Assembly: GCF_018977255.1 (NCBI RefSeq)
Contig: NW_024704743.1
Location: 46,874,001 to 46,938,000, forward strand
Direction: 5' to 3'
Source: Callorhinchus milii
Taxonomy: Eukaryota
Length of the DNA stretch: 64,000 nt
Shown: positions 24,700 to 38,023 of the stretch, piece by piece
Layout of the letters: each line of letters begins with the position of its first letter
Numbering within the stretch: position 1 is the stretch's first letter
Program-made: the position numbers and the translations under genes
Notes under the pieces: model-generated
What the model saw: only the letters and a program-made list of their open reading frames with translations
What the model was told of the DNA's origin: nothing
Database searches by the model: none

Positions 24700-27132
24700 C
24701 GAACGGTCAAGACCCTTATTCACGTCTTTATCACATCCAGGCTAGATTATTCAAACACCCTGCTCACCGGTCTCCCCTCCCTACACAAGCTGCAGACCAT
24801 CCAGAGCTTTGCAGCTCATCCTCTCCTGTACCAAGTTCTGGTCTACCAACCTCATCCTTGCCCATACATTACTCCATCCTTGGCCCCCTTCCTCATCTAT
24901 ACTCTCCTGCTTCGTGGTGTCATCCGCAGACATGGGGTAAACTTCCACATGTATGCGGATGTCACACAAAATCTACTTCTCCTCCAGCTACAACTCCAGG
25001 TCCACCGATGTTCTCTCTGGCAGACAACAGGGCCTGGATGAGCAAAAAGTTCCTACAACTCAATGTTGACAAGACAGAAGCCATACTCATTGGCTCCATT
25101 CAACATCTTTTATCCTCAGCTCTGACCTCCTCAACCTCCCTGACTTAACCCTCAGACTTACCAAATCAGTGTGCAACCCAGGAGTCAGGTTCGACTCCCG
25201 GAGACAGCTGCCTTCCTTCCCCATATCCGGTCCCTGACCAGGACTGCGTTCCTCCATCTCCACCGCATTGCCGAACTCCGACCTTACCTAATCCTAGACC
25301 CAGCTGAAACACTCATCCATGTGTTCATTACCACCTGACTCGACATCACACCCCATTAAAAACCGCCGTCATCACTCCTATCCTTTAAAATCCCTCCTTG
25401 GACCCACCTCTTCTCCTGAACTGTTGCCCCTTCTCCAACTTCCCTTTCCTCTCAAAGGTCATGGAACGGGTACCTAGCTTCGCTCCTTCCTCTCCCGCCA
25501 CTCCCTTCACGAACCCCTCCAATCGGGTTTCCGTGCTGCCCACAGCACAGAAATAGCCCAGGTCAAAGTGACAAATGTCATTCTGTCCAACTGGGACCAA
25601 GGCTCACTCTGCCTCCTCGTACTCCTTGACCTCTCTGCTGCCTTCGACACCATCGACGACTCTATCCTTATCCACCGCTTCTCCTCTCACCTCAACCTTC
25701 ACGCTCTGTCCTTGACTGTTTCAGATCGTACCTCTCACACCGCCTGCACTTCATCTCCACAAATGGCTTCTCCTCCAGCCCCCAGTCCGTCTTGTGCAGC
25801 GTTCCTCAGGGCTCTGTCCTTGGTCCTCTCCTTTTCAATGTCTGTATACTCCCCCCTCTTGGTGACATCATCCGCAGACATGGGGTCAACTTCCACATGT
25901 ATGCAGATGATACCCTATCTCTCTGCCTCCACCGTTGACTCCAGGATCCTTGCTGTCCTGACAGAATATCTGTCGGACATCAAGTCCTGGATAAGAGCTA
26001 ACTTTCTGCAGTTGAATGTCAGCAAGACCGAGGCTCTCCTGATTGGCTCCCGTGAGCGCCTCCTCACCTCAGGCGCTGACAGCATCACCATCCATGGTTG
26101 CACACTCCACCTTACTAAGCCAGTCCAGAACCTTGGCATCTTGTTTGACCCTCAACTATCCTTTCTACCCCACATCTGCGCCATGACCCACTCTGCCTTC
26201 CCCACCTCCGCAACATTGCCCGGCTCCACCACTGCCTCGGACCATAGGCCACTGAAACCCACATACATGCTTTCATTACATTGACACTTGACTATGCAAA
26301 CTTATTGTTTGTTGTCCTCCCAACTCCTCCCTTCACAGGCTGCAGATCATCCAGAACTCTGCAGCCTGTGTCCTCTTCCACACCAAGCTCCATGACACTA
26401 CCATCCCCATCCTCGCCCGACTCCACTGGCTTCCCATCACACAGAGGATACAGTTCAAGATCCTGGTTCTCACCTTCAAAGCCCTCCATGATCTTGCTCT
26501 CCCCTACCTCTGCGACTTCCTAATCCCCTACCATCCTGCTCGCTCCCTCCGCTCAGCGGGCTCTGGCCTGTTTCACATCCCCGCCTCGCTCATTCCACTA
26601 TTGGTGGACGGGCCTTCTGCCACTCTGCACCCACCCTCTGGAACTCCATCCTGCAGTCCGTCCACCTCGCCCCCTTCCTCACCTTCTTCAAGACCTATCT
26701 CAAGACCCTCCTCTTCGACCGTTCTTTCGATCTCCCTGCTTCACCCCCCCCCCGCCCTCCACATTCCCCGACCCCGACCCAACTCGGGTCTGAAACTTCT
26801 CAACCCCCATCTCTCCGACCTGCTTATCCCGGAACCCACAACCCACTGCCTACGCTCAACTGGCTCCGGCCTCCTGCATGTCCCTCCTGCCCGCTGTTCC
26901 ACCATCAGTGGTCGCACTTTCAAACTCTGGAACACTCTCCCAGAGATTCTGGAACAACCCCTCCGCCTTGCCCCTTCCTTCTTCATCTACAGGTCACGCC
27001 ATCAGGTCCTATTCCGTGTCTATGGTCACGTCTTCCTCCCCCCGGCTCGGCGTCATGCTCTACCACTGTCAAGCTCTCTGGGACGCTACCATGCATTAGG
27101 AATGCTATATAAATGCAAGTTGTTGTTGTTAT
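24700..27132 (+). mobile_element. Cluster of nested or tandem L2 fragments
   Basis: [15 protein letters not shown] and [15 protein letters not shown] motifs, repeated ORF2 C-termini, (GTT)n tail at about 27120. Confidence 0.9.
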
Positions 27133-28649
27133 AACAGAGTGTTGTATAGTGCTTATGCCTATCTGCATTTGCCTACAAAATGTACAAGCAAGAACCTTTA
27201 TATTAAATCCTGTGAAGCACTTTGAGACACCTTCCTGTTATGAAAATTACTATATCAAATACAATTCAGATTTTTATGAGTACTTTAGCCAGTCTCACAT
27301 ATACAGTATTATAATTCAAAAGTAAATGTGTATAAAGGCTCTGTAGGCAGTCATTGATAATAACTAATGTGCATTTAAAAAATAAATACTGTAAATGCAC
27401 AATTCAAATTTTAAATATTAAAAGCAAGATTTAGAAACACTATTTCTATTTTATTTAACCCTAAAATATTTCCCCCTAACCAATGAGACCTGGCATGGTT
27501 TCATTTGCAAAGCTGTTTATGGCTCAGAGATCTTGACTGTGACTCCTCCTGTTCCTTGCATACATTAAGGACTGCATCACAGGCCTAGTCTTGTGTAAGG
27601 CAATCTGGTTTGTATACTCTTAGGCAATGCTACTGCATTTTTGCATGTTTCAGACATCCAGCTGACCAAAAAAAATTGTGACATTGGGTCCGTTCATTGA
27701 ATCCATATAGTGGCTAGTTTTTGTGTTTATATGTTAACATAAAATGGCAACGGATATGAGCAATAATATTTTTACTTATTACTGGTCAATAATAATCCTA
27801 AAATCCTTACCTTTGATAGAGGATCTTCCCCATCAGGACAATGTCTCAAAGCACTTCACAGATATACTGTAAAGTGGAGTGGGACGCTATCCTGCGTGAG
27901 GGGCGCTATATGAATGCAAGCTGTTGTGGTTGAGTGATTGTGGGCAAAATATATAGGAACAGAAGTGAGGTGGCCTTACTGTGGATTTTTAAGATATAGA
28001 AGACACACAATGTCTTCTCAAAGCAGTGAATGAAATTGTTGGGGCTGTTGGCATTCCGATTGGTATTGCAGAGACCAGTTTAATTGCTTAGTGTCACCAC
28101 GCTTGGTGGTGTAAGATTTGCTTTTAGTGTGTTTTTTCAGCTGAGTGTGAATATACAAGGCAACTGTTTAAACAGTCAACATGAACAGCTCTGCCCATAA
28201 AAGGATTGATGATAAATCCACCCCAAAAATTCGCATCTCATGGCTGAATATGTGTACAATAACTTAACAACTTGCTGCGTGAAACACTTTGAGCTGCCCT
28301 CCTCACATGAAAGCTGTTATATATAAATTATTGTTGTTAAATGTACTAGAATAGGAGAGAGAAAAAAATGAACTAGTCTCGTGCCCTTAGCTAGTGCAGA
28401 ATGGTTGTACCCCTGCATGATTGCCTTTAGGCTATTGGTTTTATTAGATTTATTATGAGCATACTGAAGTGTTTTGATGAAAAGTCAGGAGATTTGGGGG
28501 AGTTTTCTTTTAAATTAGTTAACTTGTAGGAATCAACAAAAGTACAAGGGGACTGTATGAGGGTGAAGCTGTTTACTAAATAAAAAACAGGAGCTCAGGG
28601 AGTGAGCTCACACTAGCCTCCCAGCACGTAACAGAAACATCACATCACT

Positions 28650-28925
28650 GAATGCCTGTTGGACATCAAGTCCTGGATGAGAGCTAACTTCCTTCAGTTG
28701 AACGTCAACAAGACCGAGGCTCTCCTGATTGGCTCCCGTCAGCGCCTCCTCACCTCAGGCGCTGACAGCATCACCATCCATGGTTGCACACTCCACCTTG
28801 CTAAGCCGGTCCAGAACCTTGGCATTTTGTTTGACCCACAACTATCCTTTCTACCCCACATCCGTGCCATGACCTGCTCTGCTCTCCCACCTCCGCAACA
28901 TCGCCCGGCGCTGCCACCGTCTCAG
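28650..28925 (+). mobile_element. L2 fragment, same subfamily as 25975-26240
   Basis: [29 protein letters not shown], nearly identical to the earlier copy. Confidence 0.88.
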
Positions 28926-30067
28926 ATGAGTCGTTAAACCAAGGTCCTGCCTGCCTGTTCAAGCGAATGTTAAAGATTCTGAGACATTAATTTATTATGT
29001 TTCTAAGTTTCCTTACTCCACACACCTAATAATAATCCCTCCAAAACAAAACAATAATAAATTGGTCATTTTCAATCCACGACTGTGCGCAATTGGCTGA
29101 CACGTTTCGCCCACAAATATACAGTCAATTCACTTTACAGCATATTCTGTGAAGTGCTTTGAGACGTCGAGAAGACGTGAAAAGCTATATCAAATGCAAG
29201 GATTATTATTATTATATTAATTGAAAAGAGAAGGGAGTTTCTCCTGGTTTCATGGCGAATAGTCTCTCAAATAAAAATTGTCATTAACTTCATGGCTACT
29301 ACGTTTGCCTACAAATATATGTCATGAACCTTCCCTGTAAACCCTGCAAAGCTCTTTGAGAAGTTTCAATAATGTGGCGCTATATCAAACAAAAGGGATA
29401 TTATTATTTGATATTTCCACTTGTCAGGGTAGTCAAACAAAATTCCCATGCAGTAAAGATGTTTCATAACCAATTTGATAACTATGGAATACAGTATAGC
29501 ATTTTTTACACCAACACATGCAAGAGTGCCACAGAGTAACTCCCTAAAATAGCATTTTGAAACAACTTTGGCAAAATGAATAGCAGAACATGTGAGAGAT
29601 AAAGTAGTTTAAATTGCAAAGTTGAGATAAAAAAATACAACAATTCGTAATCTGACAGAAAAATAGAAACACACAGCAGGTTAATCAGCTTCTGAAACAG
29701 AAAGTAAGCATAGCATTTCAGGCGTAACTATAAAGATAGGTTAGCATAAACATTTCTCTCTCTCTCACTGTGCTGATTGACTGATTGTACTATTCCAGTC
29801 TCTTTTCTTTATTTCATTAACTCACCGAGGATTTGGTTAAAGCTAAAGTCTCATCTAATTAGATTGTACTTTTTCATCGAAGATGTGAAGCTGGTAGAAA
29901 TACAGAGCACTGTTGTATTTAAAAATTCAAAAAGGAAAGCTGACTTACTTCACACTGTCTAGTATATTAATAATAATAATCCTTGCATTTGAAATAGCGC
30001 CTTTCTCAAAGCACTTCACAGGATATACTGTAAAGTGGATTGACTGTGTATTTTCTGAGCGAATTAT

Positions 30068-30566
30068 CACTCCCATTAAATTGGTAGCACAAATGTAGAT
30101 AGATTTTATTGCCTGGTAACTGCATTATCTTATCTTCCCAAAATATAATTCAAGAAATATTCATTTGAACATTGTACTAATGTCATAGATTCCTGATTGC
30201 ATACAGCTGATCAATGCCTTGCCATAAATAACACTAAACAGACTCTGGAAAATTGGAAATGCACAGCAACGTTATTATCATCTGAGAGAAAAATTGGTTA
30301 ACATTTCATGTGTGGCCCTGAATAAAACAATCTTCTGTACACTTCCAGCACTGGTTTACCAAATGGCATTATTTTGGTTGGTTGCTTACCTTACAGGAAA
30401 ACCTAAGAGGCTGAATGACAATCCAATTTCAGTGCTGCGCATTTCCTTCTGCATCCCTTTAGCAGTTTGCCACATACATTTCACACGTTCTGCAGTCATT
30501 AATTCAAAGTACTTTTTATTGCAGTGACTGGGCAATAAAATCCATCTACATTTGTGCTACCGAGTG
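30068..30566. mobile_element. Putative MITE (non-autonomous TIR element)
   Basis: About 45-bp inverted repeats at 30083-30127 (GGTAGCACAAATGTAGATAGATTTTATTGCC...) and 30517-30561; outer CACTC/GAGTG; no ORF inside. Confidence 0.6.
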
Positions 30567-31109
30567 AAGACGCTAGAATCAATGTTAAAAAGTGCAAGTA
30601 AATGCAGAAGCATTTAAAATCTGATGAATCGCAAAAAAAGTCACTTAAGTTGATATATTTGGCTCATTGCTGATGCCGCCAAAGGTACTGAACTGTGGTT
30701 GAACAGGAAACTAAAGAACTAATTGAGTTATGTACAAGGACAAAATTGGCAGTTCAGAGTGAAAGAGTAATAAGCATTAGTTAATAATGTTAGCACATGG
30801 CCTTTCCCTACATTTCTTTTTAAATTATATATTACAGTAATAATAATTATCAATAATAATTGTAATCCTTGTATTTGATACAGTGTCTATCACTTCAACA
30901 GGATGCCTCAAAGCTCTTCACAGGATTTACTGCAAAGATGAATTATATCTGGGGGACTGTTAGCCAGGACACCAGAGGAGACTTCCCTTTTTGAAAAGTG
31001 CCATAGAATCTTTAACAACCACCTGAAAAGGCAGACATGACCTCAGTTTAACTTCTTATCCAAAGAGCAGCACCTCTAACAATGCAGCAAACCTCTAGCA
31101 CTGCACTGC

Positions 31110-31736
31110 AGGCCACCGAAACCCTCCTACACGGCTTCATTACATCGAGGCTCAACTATGCAAACTCACTGCTTGTCGGCCTCCCCGACTCCTCCCCACA
31201 GGCTGCAAATCATCCAGAACTCTGCAGCCCGTGTCCTCTCCCGCACTCGGCTCTGCGACCCTATCACCCCATCCTTGCCCAACTCCATTGGCTTCCCATC
31301 ATCGGAGGATACAGTTCAAGATCCTGGTCCTCACCCTCAAAGCCCTCCATGGTCTTGCTCCCCCCTACCTCTCCGACCTCCTAACCCCCTCCCATCCTGT
31401 TCGCTCCCTCTACGCAGAGGGCTCTGGCCTGTTTCACGTACCCCGCCTTGCTCGCCCACTATCGGTGGGCGGGCCTTCCACCACTCTGCACCCACCCTCT
31501 GGAACTCCATCCTGCAGTCCCTCCCTCTCATCCCCTGCCTCGCCACCTTCAAGACCCACCTTAAGACCCTCCTCTTTGACTGTGCTTTTGATCTCCCTGA
31601 TCCCCTCCTGCCCTCCACTCTCCCCCACCCTGATCCCAGGCTCGGGTCTGTACCTCTGTCTGTCCAGCGCCTTGGGACGTCCTCCCGATGTGAAAGGCAA
31701 TATGCAAATGTAATTTTGTTGTTGTTTTTGTTGTTG
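31110..31736 (+). mobile_element. L2 3' fragment with tail
   Basis: [31 protein letters not shown] and LWNSIL motifs; (GTT)n tail. Confidence 0.9.
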
Positions 31737-32026
31737 AAGAGTCACCTTAGATCATGTGAGTTCAAAATCAATGCCTTAGAAACAGCCATGAAGTGAATGT
31801 CCAATTCAATATAGTGGAGTTTGGGCCATGACACAAGGAGAAACTCACTTCTCTTCAAATAGTGCCATGGGACCTTTAACATCCACCTGAATACGAAGTC
31901 AGGCCCTCATCTCATCCAAAGAACACCAAACAATAACAATAAATTTACATTTATATAGCATCTTTCACTTTGGGAGAACATCCCAAGTCACAAAGTATTC
32001 CAAGGTACTCATTTACTGCAACTTGT

Positions 32027-32560
32027 GGAGTCCTGCAGCTCAGTGGTTAGAGCACTCGCCTCACAAGCAAGAGTCCTGGGTTCTATTCCAGGCAGGGCAA
32101 AATGTTAATAATAATAATAATAATCCTTGCATTTGATATAGCGCTTTTCACATCAGGAGGATGTCCCAAAGCGCTTCACAGAACACACTGTAAAGTGAAT
32201 TGACTGTATATTTGTGGGCGAACGCGGCAGCCAATTGCGCACAGCAATGTCTCATAAACAGTCGTAGTTTGAAAATGACAAGTTTCCTTATTCCACACGC
32301 CTCTGTTTACCTAGCAGTAAGTAGGAATCTGGTTGTTAGTTGATTGGCGCATCGTTTTTCCGGGGATAACAATCCCACAAAAAACACAATAATAATTTCA
32401 TTACTCAATCCATGACTGTTTGTGGGACACTGCTGTGCGCAATTGGCTCCCGTGTTTCACCCACAAAATATACAGTTAATTCACTTTACAGTATATTCTG
32501 TGAAGCGCTTTGAGACGTATGGAAGACGTGAAAAGTGCTATCTCAAATGCAAGGATTATT
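32027..32560 (+). mobile_element. Deu SINE (long variant) interrupted by an inverted SINE 3' half (32106-32280)
   Basis: Head at 32027-32105, opposite-strand tail and core at 32106-32280, host resumes at CAAGTTTCCTTA. Confidence 0.85.
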
Positions 32561-32730
32561 GTAACTTCTCATATTTCAAACCCGCTATACAAATGTAATT
32601 TTGTTGTTGCTGTTCTCAGTTTCTACTCAAAATGAAAACAGTCCAGCCCACAATTCTGTGCCTCACCATTTATTTCCCTCTAGAATCTGGGACCAGCCAG
32701 ATGGAACATTAATATGCTGTATCATACATT

Positions 32731-33050
32731 ATAATAATAATAATAATCCTTGCATTTGATATAGCGCTTTTCACGTCGGGAGGACGTCCCAAAGCGCTTC
32801 ACAGAACACACTGTAAAGTGAATTGACTGTATATTTGTGGGCGAACGCGGCAGCCAATTGCGCACAGCAATGTCCCACAAACAGTCGTAGATTGAAAATG
32901 ACCAATTTATTATTGTTTTGTTTTTGGAGGGATTATTATTAGGCTCTGTGTGGAGTAAGAAAACTTGCCCAAGGTTTCGCCCTGCCTGGAATTGAACTCA
33001 GGTCTCCCGCTTGCAAAGCGAGTGCTCTAACCACTGAGCTACAGGACTCC
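32731..33050 (-). mobile_element. tRNA-derived Deu SINE, full length, young
   Basis: Near-identical to copies at 35679 and 37562; tRNA-Ala-like head with TGC at the anticodon position; (ATT)n tail. Confidence 0.93.
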
Positions 33051-34104
33051 ACATTAGCTCACACCCAAACCCCGTATTTTATCCGTGCCATTCTGGAGAG
33101 ATAGACAGTAGACGGCAGATGCTTTTGTATAAGAAGGAAAGCAGATAGACCCCTACACTCCTCTCACACATTCCTGGACTGTTATTGGTTAGCCAAGTGA
33201 TCTTACCAACTGTGGAATGGTGTACAGAGAAAATAATAAATATTTGTGCCTTACAAAATAATTTGTTGAAAAANTACCTTGTGAAGACTTTTGGCATTTC
33301 TTTACTCTCAGAACTACAGAACGCTTTGCTGAGAATTGATGAGCTAATATTCAAATCATTTCAAGCTTTGCAAATGAACAGAGCAGCTGCCAGCACTTGC
33401 TGGTTCTAAACATGGCTAAACTAACTACCTTCAACATTTCCACACTCCACCTGCTGATTTTGTAGGTTTCTAGAAGCGAAGAAACAGTGAGAACAGTGAG
33501 CAGGAATTTACATATATTTAGCATACTGTAAAAAGAGCTGTTAAGCAAAACCAACCTTATGGCAATAAGTGTATTGAATAAATGTGAAATACAGTGTCGT
33601 AGCAGTTAAATTTTTTGACATGCAAACGAGTTCACCCCCAATTAATCTGCAGTTCAAGAGTCAAGTCAATGGTAAAACAAATTCTATGCTCCAATGCTAT
33701 CCCACATTGTTGTACAATGTTATAAGACTCCACAAATAGCACAAATTGATTTCCCTGGCTGGGATGGGCACCATCGGATTAGAAAGTCAAATGTTCACAT
33801 TGCAAATTTGAAACTCTACTTTTATTCCCACCATAATTCACCCTTTCGCCCACAATACATAGTCAATTTACGGCATATTCTCTGAAGCACTTTGGGATGT
33901 CTAGAAGACGTGATAAGGCACTATATCAAATGCAAGAATTATTATTATGAAGAAGCACTGCCTGATACTAATGTAAGTATAAGCCTTCATTTAGAGTATC
34001 TCGGAAAAAATGAAGTAAGGAGAAGTTCAAGCACGTACCTATTTCCTTTCTAATTTTCTCCACTAAACCTCTTCCACTCCTAATGGAGATTGTGTGTCAG
34101 CTCA

Positions 34105-34490
34105 GCCTGACTCAGTTCGTAGGACTCTCGTCTCTGAGTTCTGAAAGGTTGAAGATTCAAGACCCAGGTTGGGACTTAGAACTCATATAGTCTACTCTGC
34201 ACTTCAGTGCTGGGGGTGCGCTGCATTATTGGAGAAGCCGTCCTTCGGACGAGACATTAAATCAAGTCGGGTGGTCACTAAACTTCTCATGGCACTATTC
34301 AAAAAGAGAAGGAAGTTTCTCCCAGTGTCCTGGCCAACAATCCCCAAAATTGATCATTCACATGATGGCTGTTCTTGGGACAATGCTATGAATAGCATTT
34401 CTGATGCATTCGCCCACAAAATACACAGTCACTACACCTTACAGTATATCCTGTGAAACACTTTGAGACCTGACATGAAAGGCGCTGTAT
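34105..34490 (+). mobile_element. Old tRNA/Deu SINE
   Basis: Degenerate tRNA head, central region shared with 11640-11720, Deu-like 3' part. Confidence 0.65.
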
Positions 34491-35678
34491 TGAGCTCAGC
34501 CTGCAGGACTAATAATAATAATAAGTACTATTGGGTATGGGGCTACTGGAGGAAATGGCAGGAATTCTTAAATAGTGATACTGACGACTTGCATTCAGCA
34601 CTGGGTGTTGTACTTCCAGTTACCAAAAGGAGGTTTTATTCATGACTCAACGTTATTATACAATACAAAATTACCAAATTAAATTTGTATAGCACCTTTC
34701 ACATCGGGAAAACGTCCCATTATATATGCTCCATTATGATCAACTCCCATTATATAGTGATGAAATCTACACCCATGGTGACTCTCAGCACCTCATATCC
34801 ACGACTGAACATTGCTATGTTAGTGGACAGTATCACAGCTGAATCTGGTCCTGTTGTCTCCCAGTCCCTGCACTTCTATCAGGTCCTGGGGCAGTGATTC
34901 AAAACTCTTCCCTACTTTTCTCCTCCCTAGCCTAGGGAGGCTGACGTCAACAGCAGTGCTCCACCTGGATAAGATTAAACCAACAGCCCAGGGAAGCGAT
35001 TTATCTTCAATCCTACAAATCTGTACAATTCAAGATGGCACTACACAAAGCAATTATCCACAAATTTTGGTGCATATCAGGAGAAAGTGATAGTAATAGG
35101 AATAAATAGAGCCTCGTCATGCCAAAAAGCACTTCACATAATGAATTATATTTTAGTGTTTCAAATTTAGAGGGTGAAAAATGCAACATGTGATGTGATC
35201 ATTTTTATCTCATATACTGTATACATATTTAGATTTGTAGTATTTCAGCAATATACAGCTCAGACTCAATGTAGAGGAAACTTTACTTTTACTCCAAATA
35301 TTGTGCAATAACCTCAACTTCTCCTACACTGGAGTGAATGTTTCTGTTACAACACCAGCCATTCTTGGACCCTTCTAAGCAAGTTTCAGTGTGCAACTTA
35401 TGTGCCTTGGGTCCATGGTCAGGGACTGTCCAAACACATTTTACATAGTACTATTATAGACAGCAAAGATTAGACTGGGCTGGATAGAGACCCAACTCCC
35501 ATAGATTAAATGAAGATATTCTTATCTATCTCAATTATCAACCAGATATTGTATTGCAATTATTGTTTATAACTTCAAGACACTACTTTGTATTGTTACT
35601 TTAACACCAGTGGAGATGCAGTGAGTCAAGGAGTAAGCTTCCAAAAACATTACCTTCATTTTCAGGCACTTTTACCAT

Positions 35679-35997
35679 TAATAATAATAATAATAATCCT
35701 TGCATTTGATATAGCGCTTTTCACATCAGGAGGACGTCCCAAAGCGCTTCACAGAACATACTGTAAAGTGTATTGACTGTATATTTGTGGGCGAACGCGG
35801 CAGCCAATTGCGCACAGCAATGTCCCACAAACAGTCATGGATTGAAAATGACCAATTTATTATTGTTTTGGGTTTTGGAGGGATTATTATTAGGCGTGTG
35901 GAGTAAGGAAACTTGCCCAAGGTTTCGCCCTGCCTGGAATTGAACTCAGGTCTCTCACTTGCAAAGCGAGTGCTCAACCACTGAGCTACAGGACTCC
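35679..35997 (-). mobile_element. tRNA-derived Deu SINE, full length
   Basis: Same family as 32731-33050. Confidence 0.93.
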
Positions 35998-36071
35998 ATA
36001 ATAGTATGGAATTCCCCCTTCACCACCCTCCCGATATAAGAAACTGAATAAATCCACTGAAACAAACAAAA

Positions 36072-36162
36072 TATAATAATATAATAATAATAATAATAAT
36101 CCTTGCATTTGATATAGCGCTTTTCACGTCGGGAGGACGTCCCAAAGCGCTTCACAGAACAT
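36072..36162 (-). mobile_element. 5'-truncated SINE tail
   Basis: Only the 3' end of about 60 nt plus (ATT)n. Confidence 0.8.
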
Positions 36163-36997
36163 GCCATAATATTTCCAACAAAGATCTAATGGAACAACAA
36201 CAACAACAACTTGCATTTATATAGCACTCCTCATGCAGGGTAGTGTCCGAAAACCAAACTATGATACGAAAAAAAATATTGGGCACTTCATAACCTAAAA
36301 ATCACATAGGAACTTGAGACCAATCTCTTTATTCAGAGAGGAAGGAAGGAGATGTAAAGCTAACTGGACAATAAAACATCATATATTTAGATGTGGACAG
36401 ACTAGCAACAAACATCGAACTTCTGCAACCACTACAGTGACGAGTGCCTTTGCTCAATGTGCTGCATGCTAACAGGACCTGGATAAATTCCTCATGTGAC
36501 TCTGATGAAACCCTAGCTCCAAGATTCGGTGTTCAGAAGAGTGCTTTGTGACCCTCAGCTTGCCAGGACACTGAGTCATGTAGCACTTCTTCAGGTTAAA
36601 TGTTCAGTCAGCTGTTAGTGTAAGAGTAAAACTCAGTCTTGATCCCAAAGACAACTAGAGAGGAGCCATAGTTTTACTGAATAAATTACTTATTGATTTT
36701 GTTTTAGTTTCCAATCCACTGGAAAAATGTGTAATGGATTACAATATAATCCATTTTAGTTTCTATGTAAATGTCTGCACACGTTACACAGCAGTTACCG
36801 AATAGTATGAAATCTGCACAAATTTTAATTCTTTGTGTTTTGATTCTTAAACGACTGGGACAAAGAGCATCTTAGCCCTCTAAGAATATAGATTCACTTT
36901 AATTAGATTTATTTTCCTAAATGCACTTTTGGACAAGAAGTGCTGACTGCTTAAGCTAATAAAGAAGAACGGACTTGGCATGATTTTTGCCAAACAA

Positions 36998-38023
36998 AAT
37001 GAATACAGCTTTTTAATCTAATGTTTTACTGCAATTCAAAATGTGTAAGAGTCTAAGTTTATTGCTGTCTGTTTCCATTTGTTTTCAGATGTAATTGTAC
37101 CATTCATTTCCAACACTGAAATGTAAAAACAAGAACTTCTGGTGCATAGCTTGTATAGAGATAAGATTTGCTTTGACATTTGTATCAAAACAAGAGCAGA
37201 GGGGAGGATTGGCAATCCCAAGTAGTGGATATCAATCAGCAATAATAAAGAATAATACAATAAAAAAAAGAGGCAAACTAAAACGTAGTGGATGTCAGGA
37301 AGAGAATGTTACTCCCTAGATTAAACAGCATTACTAACAAAAAGTGCCTAGGGTAAGCTGATCAGCTTCCTAGGGATTACTCTACAATGTCTCTCTGCAC
37401 ATAACAATACCAGAAGTTCTTGTTTTTACATTTCAGTAGCATGACATTCCACATAGTATTTTGTATTTTTCTTATTAATAAACACTGTACCCATTGAAGT
37501 TGCATTTATTCTAGGCATTGTGCATCATGACTGCAGGCAAAATGCATTACAGATTGTATATTATAATAATAATAATAATCCTTGCAATTTGATATAGCGC
37601 TTTTCACGTCGGGAGGACGTCCCAAAGTGCTTCACAGAACACACTGTAAAGTGAATTGACTGTATATTTGTGGGCGAACGCGGCAGCCAATTGCGCACAG
37701 CAATGTCCCACAAACAGTCGTAGATTGAAGATGACCAATTTATTATTGTTTTTGTTTTTTGGAGGGATTATTATTAGGCGTGTGGAGTAAGGAAACTTGC
37801 CCAAGATTTCGTCCTGTCTGGAATTGAACTCAGGTCTCTCGCTTGCAAAGCGAGTGCTCTGACCACTGAGCTACAGGACTCCACGAAAGTGACATACATA
37901 GAATTACAGGAAATGAATGCTACAATTACATCTGAAAACAAATGGAAACAGACAGCAATAAACTTAAGACTCTTACACATTTTGAATTGCAGTAAAACAT
38001 TAGATTAAAAAGCTGTATTCATT
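36998..38023. repeat. Fold-back (long inverted repeat) element with a SINE inserted
   Basis: Arms 36998-37111 and 37909-38023 are near-perfect reverse complements; a second inner pair lies at 37115-37143 and 37409-37437. Confidence 0.85.
37562..37882 (-). mobile_element. tRNA-derived Deu SINE, full length
   Basis: Same family as 32731-33050. Confidence 0.93.

Noticed and set aside
29650..29815. Possible degenerate palindromic Penelope-derived repeat
   Set aside because: Resembles the 5060-5128 motif in both orientations but is too decayed to call by eye.
32975..33050. tRNA-Ala-like genes (also at about 21480, 35920, 37810)
   Set aside because: These are SINE heads, continuous with the Deu core and LINE-derived tail; the acceptor stem is not intact.
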